A stretch of DNA of 64,000 bases from a virus (Duplodnaviria > Caudoviricetes). Made by a program: the position numbers and the translations under genes. Location: positions 1-64,000 of IMG/VR virus record IMGVR_UViG_2596583600_000002. The stretch is one strand, 5' to 3'. The notes under the pieces are model-generated. The model was not told the DNA's origin. It did no database searches and was given only the letters and a program-made list of their open reading frames with translations. This document shows, piece after piece, positions 56,646 to 64,000 of this stretch; positions within the stretch are counted from its first letter, which is position 1, and each line of letters opens with the position of its first letter.

Positions 56646-56926
56646 CCTCCCCCTATAGGGGGAGTTCCTTGGGGTCACTCCCCTCTGGGGGAACAAGCCT
56701 CACCCATAACAACCTCCGCACCCTAGCCCGCGAACGCTGGGAGCAGGCCACGGCCTATCGCGTCGGGATCATCGCTGGTGAGTTAGGCGTGGTGATGGTC
56801 AACCCATATCGCGGCAGGCAGGCAGCGCATTACCGGCAGGGACTTCGACGGGGCAAAGCACGACCCGCAAGCCTCAGCCCGCGAGCGGCGGGGAATATGA
56901 GGTTAATTTCTCAGGAGTGAGGGAGG

Positions 56927-57583
56927 GTGGTGATGAGAGAGATTGAGCGCAGCCGGGGCAGACCGCCAGTGGCGCGGGCAAGGGTGCTGAACTACTGGCG
57001 TAAGCATGGGCCTTGCAGCATCGGGAAAATGATGCGTTTGACTGGCCTGGAAAGGTCGCAGATCAAACGCATCCTGTTGCAGGAAAGTGGAGGATTTGAT
57101 AGGGTTTTGCGCATGGAATTGACGGATTCAGAGCGATCTAAGTTTCAGGATAAAGTGGACAAGGCCCCTGGCCATGGACCTGATGGAAATTGTTGGATTT
57201 GGACTGGCTCATTTGGAGAATCCGGCTACCCCCGATGCTCGGTTGGGGGGCGCGCGTTTCAGGCGAGCCATATCGCCCTTGCGATAGAGGGTAATCCTCG
57301 TCCAGAAGGGTTGTTGGCGCTTCATTCATGCGACCACAAGCCATGTGTTAATCCGGCGCATCTTCGCTGGGGAACGGATAGCGAGAACCAGCGGGACCAT
57401 TTCGAGCGGGGCCAGCGTGGCGCGCATTGGCTGCCTGAGCGCGTTGTCCATGAAATACACCAGAGCGGCGAACGGAATATCGACATCGCGCGTAGACTGG
57501 GTCTTTCTCCATCAGCCATCTGCAATATCCGCAAAGGGCGCTACCACAGGCATATTTTTGAGCAATATTGCCTCGTGCCTTAA
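56927..57583 (+). CDS. HTH-like N-terminus fused to an HNH endonuclease
   Basis: CWIWTG...GY, HSCD...CVNP.HL..GT..EN..D. Confidence 0.85.
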   Translation: MVMREIERSRGRPPVARARVLNYWRKHGPCSIGKMMRLTGLERSQIKRILLQESGGFDRVLRMELTDSERSKFQDKVDKAPGHGPDGNCWIWTGSFGESGYPRCSVGGRAFQASHIALAIEGNPRPEGLLALHSCDHKPCVNPAHLRWGTDSENQRDHFERGQRGAHWLPERVVHEIHQSGERNIDIARRLGLSPSAICNIRKGRYHRHIFEQYCLVP

Positions 57584-57612
57584 CTTAACCGCATGCTGTA
57601 ACTGGTTGGCCC

Positions 57613-58056
57613 ATGTCCGTGGGCCGCCCTTCGTCGTTCAAGCCAGAGTTTGTTGAGCAAGCTCGAAAGCTGGCTCAACTTGGGGCAACAGACCGTGAAG
57701 CCGCCGAATTTTTCGAAGTCGCGGAAAGCACGCTCTACCTCTGGAAGCATGTGCATCCTAATTTTTCGGAGGCCTTAAAGGTCGGCAAGGAAGCGGCTGA
57801 CAATCGGGTTGAGCAATCGCTATATCGCAAAGCTACCGGATACAGCTTCGATAGCGAAAAAGTGTTCCAGAACGCGGGCGAGATCATCCGCGCTCCAGTT
57901 GTTGAGCATATCCCGCCATCGGATACCGCTGCAATATTCTGGCTAAAGAACCGCCGCCCTGATGCATGGCGCGATAAGCAGGATGTCGTCCACGATGTAA
58001 CGGACAGCATGGCGGATGCGATCATCAGCGCGCGCAAGCGGTCGGGCCTGTCATGA
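57613..58056 (+). CDS. terS: Terminase small subunit
   Basis: GRPS.F, F.V..STLY.WK..HP.F, PP..TAAIFWLKNR.P..WRDK. Confidence 0.92.
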   Translation: MSVGRPSSFKPEFVEQARKLAQLGATDREAAEFFEVAESTLYLWKHVHPNFSEALKVGKEAADNRVEQSLYRKATGYSFDSEKVFQNAGEIIRAPVVEHIPPSDTAAIFWLKNRRPDAWRDKQDVVHDVTDSMADAIISARKRSGLS

Positions 58057-59525
58057 CGCCAGCGGACAAGATGCTCGCGGAGGACATGGCCGCATTTTAC
58101 AGCGACCCTCTAGCGTTCGTCTACTATGCCTTTTCGTGGGGCGAAGGCGAGCTTGAGAAATGGGATGGCCCTGACGAGTGGCAGACCGAGTTCCTGACAG
58201 AGCTTCGTGACGCGATCCGCAAGCGCGAAGAGGGTGACGTTATCAAGATGGCCGTGAAGTCGGGGCGCGGCCCCGGCAAGAGCGCGGTCATCGCGTGGCT
58301 GGTGCTATGGCTGATGTCCACGCGGCCCAATTTCTCTGGCGTCGTCACCGCCAACACGGGCGATCAGCTTGATACCAAGACATGGCGCGAAGTGGCGCTG
58401 TGGTGGAACAGGGCGATCAATCGTCACTGGTTCGAGTGGACCGCGACGAAGATCGTCCATGTCGAGCAGCCCGAAACGTGGAAGGTCGTGGCGCAGAAGT
58501 GGAGCGAGCATAAGCCCGACGCCTTTGGCGGCCTGCATAATGGCGGGCGCGGACAATGCACGATCATGGATGAGGGATCAGGCATCCCGGAAAGCATCTT
58601 CTCGGTTGCCGAGGCCACGAACACCGACCCTGACAGCTTCCTCTTCACCTTCGGCAACCCGATGAAGAAGGCGAGCTATTTCTATCAGATATTCACGCGC
58701 TTTCGCCATCGCTGGCTGACCATGACGGTGGACACGCGCCGCGCCAAGGCCGCGAACCAGAAGCAGATCGCCGACATGATCGAGGACTGGGGCCTCAGCA
58801 GCGATCATGTCCGCGTCAATGTGCTGGGTGAGTTTCCAGAGACGGACGCGGACACGCTGATCCCGCTGCACCTGATGGAGAGCGCAGCCCGGCGTGAGGT
58901 GGATAAGGCCGCGATCAATGCGGTCAGGCCGATATGGGGCCTTGATCCCGCCCGCTTTGGCGATGACCGCACCGCGCTGGCGAAAAGGCGGGGCCGCGCT
59001 CTGCTGGAGCCTGTGCAGTCCTGGCGCAATCTCGACACCATGCAGACCGCTGGGCGGGTCAAGGCGCTCTATGACGAGACGCCGCCTGCTGAGCAGCCTT
59101 CGCATATCGTGGTCGATACCATCGGGATCGGATCCGGCGTGGCGGATCGCATGCGGGAGATGGGCCTGCCGGTGTTCATGCTGAACGTGTCGGAGCGCCC
59201 CAGCGTGGACGGCAAATTCGCCAAGCTGCGCGATGAACTGTGGTGGAAGGCGCGTCAGTGGTTCGAGGGGCTGGACGTGCAGATGACCGACGCGGCCCTC
59301 ATGGGCGAAATGGCGGACATTCTCTACGGCTACACGTCGAACGGACAGATCAAGATCGAAGGCAAAAAGGACACGAAGGAGCGCCTTGGCCGCTCGCCTG
59401 ACCTTGCAGACGCCTTCATCGGGACATTCGCGGTTCACCCGGTTCAGGTGGAGCAGACATTTGATCGCTACGAGCGCGCGCGGCGCAGGGCGATGTCATC
59501 GGGAGCATCGGCATGGGCGGCGTAA
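58053..59525 (+). CDS. terL: Terminase large subunit
   Basis: SGRGPGKS, MDEGSG, GLDPARFGDD, SPDLADA. Confidence 0.93.
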   Translation: MTPADKMLAEDMAAFYSDPLAFVYYAFSWGEGELEKWDGPDEWQTEFLTELRDAIRKREEGDVIKMAVKSGRGPGKSAVIAWLVLWLMSTRPNFSGVVTANTGDQLDTKTWREVALWWNRAINRHWFEWTATKIVHVEQPETWKVVAQKWSEHKPDAFGGLHNGGRGQCTIMDEGSGIPESIFSVAEATNTDPDSFLFTFGNPMKKASYFYQIFTRFRHRWLTMTVDTRRAKAANQKQIADMIEDWGLSSDHVRVNVLGEFPETDADTLIPLHLMESAARREVDKAAINAVRPIWGLDPARFGDDRTALAKRRGRALLEPVQSWRNLDTMQTAGRVKALYDETPPAEQPSHIVVDTIGIGSGVADRMREMGLPVFMLNVSERPSVDGKFAKLRDELWWKARQWFEGLDVQMTDAALMGEMADILYGYTSNGQIKIEGKKDTKERLGRSPDLADAFIGTFAVHPVQVEQTFDRYERARRRAMSSGASAWAA

Positions 59526-59753
59526 ATGGCTGACGAAACAGACTGGAACGCGCTCAGGCAGCGTTGTGCGGACAATGCAACCGAACTGGTTCTGCGCGTC
59601 GAGACGATGGACGGTGAATATCGCTTCTCGCTCGCGGCTGTGGATCGTGACGGCAAGATCATGTGGGACAATCGGGCCAACGATGAGGGCCATGCGCCGC
59701 AGCATATCGTCACGCAGCTTGTCACGTCTGCGCTGGAAAGGTGGTGGGTGTAA
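59526..59753 (+). CDS. Hypothetical protein
   Basis: Abuts terL and the portal gene. Confidence 0.55.
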   Translation: MADETDWNALRQRCADNATELVLRVETMDGEYRFSLAAVDRDGKIMWDNRANDEGHAPQHIVTQLVTSALERWWV

Positions 59754-61759
59754 TGGCTGACGTTATCGAACCCGCCCGCGCGCCTGATGAAGCGCAGCCC
59801 ACCGGCCCGGAGGTGGATCAGGAGATATTCCCGCGCCTCAAGGAATGGACGAAATCGTCCCTCGACCACCTGTCCGAATGGCGCAAGGAGGCGGAGGCCG
59901 CGCAGGAGTTCTATGCGGGGCACCAGTGGAGCGATGATGAAAAGCGGCTCTTTGAGGATGATGGCCGGATCGCGCCCATCTTCAACCTGACCGCCGTCAA
60001 CATCGATGTGGTGTGCGGCCTTGAGGTCAATAACCGTCAGGACGTGAAATATCTGCCGCGCACGGAAGGTGATGTTCAGGTCAATGAGCTTCTGTCCTCG
60101 GCCGCCATGTGGGTGCGCGATCAGGCGCAGGCGGAGGATGAGGAAAGCAATGCGTTCAGGGACGCGGTGATAACCGGCCTTGGCGTCACGGAGACCCGCA
60201 CCGCCAACCGCCTGATATCCGTTGATCGCCGCGATCCGACCGAATGCTTCTATGACAAGTCATCGAGCAAGACCAACCTTGTAGATCGGCGCTTTGGCGG
60301 TCGCGTGATCATGATGGACACAGACGAGGCGGTCGCGTTCTTCGGTGATCGTTACACTGCCTTCGAGATCAACGCGAAGTGGGCGTCGTTCGGGCTGAAC
60401 CAGTCGAAAAAGGGTGAGGAGCGCCTTGACTATCCGACCGAGCAGATGGGGCCGACCGACAATAGCGACACGATCCCCAAGAAGGTCTGCGTCGTGGAAA
60501 TCGAATGGTTCGATTGGGTTGGGACGGAGAAGGTCTATTATCAGGCGTTCCTTGGCGCGTCGTCCATCCTGGAGCAGAACCCGCTCAAGGAATGGGCCTA
60601 TAACTGGATCACCGGCAAATATGACGCGAAGAAGCGCCGCTGGTACGGCCTGATCCGGGCGTTCAAAGACCCGCAGAAGTTCATCAATAAGATGATTTCG
60701 GTCGGTACGCATATCCTCGCGAGCAACGCCAAGGGTGGCCTGCTTTACGAGCGCGGCGTGTTTGTCGATCAGCGGGCAGCGGAACGTGACTGGTCGAACC
60801 CGCAGAAGAATGTGGAGGTCGCGGAAGGCGCGCTTGCCTCTGGTCGCATCCAGCCGCGCACCGCCCCCGCCTTCCCCGCCGCGATTTCGCAGCTTCTGGA
60901 CTTCGCGCTGGCGATCTTCAATCGCGTGACGGGTATCAACGCGGAAATCCTCGGCACGACCGACCGCGACCAGCCCGCCAGCCTTGAGGCGCAGCGCAGG
61001 CAGTCGGCGGTCACGATCCTCGCCACGCTGTTCGACAGCAAGCGCCGCTATCACAAGGAGCAGGGTAAGACGCTGCTGCAACTGATGAAGGGCCTGCCGC
61101 CTGAAACGCTGGTGCGCATCACGGTGGATGAGCCGCCGCAGATGCCAATGCCGCCAGTGCCTCCGGGGACGCCTCCTGATCAGCAGATCGCGATGATGGA
61201 GCAATATGCGCAGGCGATGGGCCAGCAACAGCAGCAGGCCCAGCAGGAGCGTTATGTGCGGCTGGCGCTGATCCAGCAGGCGTTCGCGGACGACACGATA
61301 GAGTTTGACGTGATCGTGGACGAAGCGCCGTCCAGCCCGAACCAGCAGCAGGAGGTCATCGCCAAGATCGCGATGATGGCGCAGCACGGGATGCAGTTGC
61401 CGCCACAGGCGCAGGCCATCGTGGTCAAGAGCATCGGCCTTCCCGCCACCATCGCCGACGAGATCGCACAGGCCATGACGGGTTCCGATCCGCAGGTCGA
61501 GCAGCTTCAACAGCAATTGCAGCAGGGCGCGCAGATTCTCCAGCAGGCGCAGGCGGAGAATGAGCAGCTAAAGACCGATCGGTCGATTGATCAGCAGAAA
61601 GCCCAGACCGACCAGTTCAAGGCCCAGACCGACCGCATGAAGGCGCAGGCCGACATTGTGGCGCAAACAGGCGGCGTCCCTGTCCTCGACTATCTCGCGG
61701 CGCTCGAATCCAAGGTGGACCAGATCGGTTCCGCCGTCCTCCACATGCAACAACCCTGA
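59753..61759 (+). CDS. P22-like portal protein
   Basis: FY.G.QW, YGLIR..KDPQ...NK, FDVIVDEAPSSP; Gln-rich barrel. Confidence 0.9.
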   Translation: MADVIEPARAPDEAQPTGPEVDQEIFPRLKEWTKSSLDHLSEWRKEAEAAQEFYAGHQWSDDEKRLFEDDGRIAPIFNLTAVNIDVVCGLEVNNRQDVKYLPRTEGDVQVNELLSSAAMWVRDQAQAEDEESNAFRDAVITGLGVTETRTANRLISVDRRDPTECFYDKSSSKTNLVDRRFGGRVIMMDTDEAVAFFGDRYTAFEINAKWASFGLNQSKKGEERLDYPTEQMGPTDNSDTIPKKVCVVEIEWFDWVGTEKVYYQAFLGASSILEQNPLKEWAYNWITGKYDAKKRRWYGLIRAFKDPQKFINKMISVGTHILASNAKGGLLYERGVFVDQRAAERDWSNPQKNVEVAEGALASGRIQPRTAPAFPAAISQLLDFALAIFNRVTGINAEILGTTDRDQPASLEAQRRQSAVTILATLFDSKRRYHKEQGKTLLQLMKGLPPETLVRITVDEPPQMPMPPVPPGTPPDQQIAMMEQYAQAMGQQQQQAQQERYVRLALIQQAFADDTIEFDVIVDEAPSSPNQQQEVIAKIAMMAQHGMQLPPQAQAIVVKSIGLPATIADEIAQAMTGSDPQVEQLQQQLQQGAQILQQAQAENEQLKTDRSIDQQKAQTDQFKAQTDRMKAQADIVAQTGGVPVLDYLAALESKVDQIGSAVLHMQQP

Positions 61760-61776
61760 CCAGACAGGAGAATATC

Positions 61777-62631
61777 ATGAACAACGAAGAACTGATGCCG
61801 ATGGACCAGATGGAGGGGGCAGAACATACGCCCGCGTCTGAGACGGTCCATGATCCCGCGCCGCAGAGTGAGCGCGCCCGCGATGAATCCGGGCGGTTCG
61901 CGCCCAAGGATGGCGAGGGGCCGCGCGGCGCGCCCAATGACGAGATTGCCCGCCGCCGCTACGCGCAGGAGCGGGACGAGGCGCGCAAGGATGCAGAGGA
62001 AGCGCGGGCGGCTCACGCGGCCCTCCAGAAGCGCCTTGATGACATGGCGACACTGGCGAAGGGCGACGATCCCGCCGCGCCCAAGGAGCCTGTAGACCCG
62101 CTGCAACCTGTTCTGGAGAAGTTGGAGACGTTCGAAAAGCGCTTCTCCGATCAGGACGAGGCCAAGCAGGCGGAGGAAACGCACCGTCAGGTTCTGGCCT
62201 ATTCCGATCAGGACGAGGCGAAGTTCCGGGAGAAGGCCCCGGATTTCCAGCAGGCCGCCGAGCATTATATCCTCAGCCGCATGAACGAAATGAAGGTGCT
62301 GGGTGTCGATCAGCAGCGCGCGGAGGCGCTTCTGGCGCAAGAGGCGAACCAGTTGCTTTACCGCTGCGCGCAGGAAGGCCGGTCAGCGGCGGAATCCCTT
62401 TATGCGATGGCGCAGGCCCGTGGCTATGTGTCGGGCGCAGCAGGCCAGCGCCCTGCCCCCGCCAGTCCGCAGCCGCAGAACTTTGGCGGTCGCTCGCTTG
62501 GTTCCGGTCAGGGGCCAGCAGGCGGCGCGGTCACGGCGGCGCAGATCGCAGCGATGAGCGAGGACGACTATATGGCCTTCCGCTCCACGCCAGAAGGAAA
62601 GCGGGCCATTTCGCGGGCCATGGGGGCCTGA
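61777..62631 (+). CDS. Scaffolding protein
   Basis: Acidic coiled coil, RDESGRF; lies between portal and capsid. Confidence 0.8.
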   Translation: MNNEELMPMDQMEGAEHTPASETVHDPAPQSERARDESGRFAPKDGEGPRGAPNDEIARRRYAQERDEARKDAEEARAAHAALQKRLDDMATLAKGDDPAAPKEPVDPLQPVLEKLETFEKRFSDQDEAKQAEETHRQVLAYSDQDEAKFREKAPDFQQAAEHYILSRMNEMKVLGVDQQRAEALLAQEANQLLYRCAQEGRSAAESLYAMAQARGYVSGAAGQRPAPASPQPQNFGGRSLGSGQGPAGGAVTAAQIAAMSEDDYMAFRSTPEGKRAISRAMGA

Positions 62632-62667
62632 CTATTGCCTTTCGCGAAAGAATGAATCATGATTGTT

Positions 62668-62857
62668 GAGGGCTGGGACTATTCCGGCCCTCACGCCCAC
62701 AAGGCGAAGGCGCGGACGGCCTGAACGGTCCCTCGGCATCCCCGACCGGAGAGGGGAAGGCGCGGACTGCCTCAAGTGTCCCTCGCACGCTCCCGGCGAA
62801 TGGGGGTTCGCACCAGCCAAGCGAAGCGGCTGACCGAACTCAACCCCATTCGGGAGC
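62668..62857 (+). ncRNA. Structured capsid 5' leader with tandem pseudoknot-like repeats
   Basis: 30-nt repeat at 62706 and 62756; long stem 62789-62857 pairing the SD. Confidence 0.6.
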
Positions 62858-62863
62858 CATCCC

Positions 62864-63952
62864 ATGTCATACACTGAATTTCCATCGGGCCACCCGCTCA
62901 GCCCGACCATCTGGGAGCGGGAACTTTACGCCGAAGCGATCCAGCAGACCTATGTCTGGTCCTTCATGGGCAGCAGCAACAATTCGCTGCTGGTCCGCAA
63001 GGATGATTTCGCGACCAAGGCGGGTGACAAGCTCATTCTGGGCCTCCGCACCCAACTTACCGGGCGCGGGACCACGGGCGACGACACGTTGCACGGCAAT
63101 GAGGAATCGCTGGTCACCCAGAATGATCAGTTCGTGATCAACCAGCTTCGCCATGCTGTCATCTCCAAGGGTCGCATGTCCGAACAGCGCGTCATGTTCA
63201 ACATGCGCACCGAAGCGAAGGAAGGTCTGACCGACTGGTTCGCCAACCGTTTCGATACATGGTTCTTCAACCAGATCGGCGGCGCGACCTATCAGACGGA
63301 CACGGCCTATACCGGCTTCAACTCTGTCGCGGCGGTCGATGCGAACCATATCCTGCGTCCGAACACCAAGACCACCGATGAATCGCTGACCACGGGCGAT
63401 GAATTGAACCTCACCCAGATCGACCGGCTGGTCGCGCGCCTTCGTCAGGGGTCGTTCGCCTCGACCGGCGTGATGCCGATCCGTCCGATCAAGATCAAGG
63501 GCGGCAATTACTATGTCCTGTTCGTCCACCCCAATCAGGTGGTGGGCCTTCGGTCGCAAACGTCGAACGCACAGTGGGCCGATTTGCAGCGCGCCCATAT
63601 TCAGGGTGGCTTGACGGATATTCCGCTCATCACGGGCGGCGATTTCGTCGGGATCTACAACGGCGTGGTCATTCACCAGTCGGAGAAGGTGCCGATGGGC
63701 GTCAACTCCACTTCGGGCGCGGCTGTCACCAATGCCCGACGCGCGGTCCTGTGCGGCGCTCAGGCGGCCATGTTCGGCATCGGTGGCGACACGCCGGACG
63801 ACAACAAGAAGTTCAAGTGGATCGAAGAGCGTTTTGACTATGAGAACCAGCTTGGCGTCTCTGGCTACACCATCGCCGGGTTGAAGGCGTCGGCGTTCAA
63901 CAGCGCCCGCTTCGGCACCTTCATCCTTCCCACTTACGCACCGCTGGTCTGA
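62864..63952 (+). CDS. Major capsid protein (N4-gp56/DUF4043 type)
   Basis: GD.....L...L.G.G..GD..L.GNEE.L, INQ.RHAV, LCGAQA, EE..DY.N. Confidence 0.9.
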   Translation: MSYTEFPSGHPLSPTIWERELYAEAIQQTYVWSFMGSSNNSLLVRKDDFATKAGDKLILGLRTQLTGRGTTGDDTLHGNEESLVTQNDQFVINQLRHAVISKGRMSEQRVMFNMRTEAKEGLTDWFANRFDTWFFNQIGGATYQTDTAYTGFNSVAAVDANHILRPNTKTTDESLTTGDELNLTQIDRLVARLRQGSFASTGVMPIRPIKIKGGNYYVLFVHPNQVVGLRSQTSNAQWADLQRAHIQGGLTDIPLITGGDFVGIYNGVVIHQSEKVPMGVNSTSGAAVTNARRAVLCGAQAAMFGIGGDTPDDNKKFKWIEERFDYENQLGVSGYTIAGLKASAFNSARFGTFILPTYAPLV

Positions 63953-63962
63953 GGAGGATCAT

Positions 63963-64000
63963 ATGGGAATCGCACGTCAACTTGAGACACAGCAGACCCA
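63963..64000 (+). CDS. Start of the next structural gene (truncated)
   Basis: GAGGAGG RBS then ATG. Confidence 0.5.
   Translation, partial: MGIARQLETQQT

Larger units (their letters stand above)
41590..64000. mobile_element. Second prophage (tyrosine integrase, lambdoid layout, podovirus-like head genes), truncated by the window end
   Basis: int-xis, exo/ssb, cI/cro, primase/helicase, terS/terL, portal, scaffold, capsid; att core not identifiable. Confidence 0.92.

Noticed and set aside
56549-56920. 123-aa ORF after the helicase
   Set aside because: First half is translated iterons; coding status unsupported
60260-61516. 418-aa minus-strand ORF
   Set aside because: Shadow of the portal gene

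Overview
GC-rich alphaproteobacterial chromosome, probably sphingomonad, almost entirely occupied by two unrelated prophages. (1) A complete Mu-like transposable prophage spans 1019-38958 (37,940 bp). It has TG...CA ends and a 5-bp CCGAA target duplication, and it interrupts a small host gene downstream of a host CI-like/Cro-like pair. Its repressor/ner switch is central: transposase, early genes, terminase, portal, MuF and a Dam-type methylase run leftward, while protease, capsid, siphovirus-type tail and lysis genes run rightward. (2) After two host genes, a tyrosine-integrase prophage starts near 41600 and runs off the right edge (recombination, immunity, primase/helicase, terminase, P22-like portal, N4-gp56-like capsid). 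Best candidates for new biology: (a) an Acb1-like anti-CBASS 2H-phosphoesterase inserted in the Mu-type portal tail and bracketed by SFA motifs that recur in the protease/scaffold, suggesting proteolytic release of an anti-defence enzyme inside the head; (b) a MuF-RNase fusion followed by a compact pseudoknot-like RNA rather than an immunity gene; (c) LexA-box wiring in both prophages, including an antisense gene overlapping a non-cleavable repressor; (d) tandem pseudoknots in the second phage's capsid leader. All family assignments come from motif recognition by eye; no searches were run.
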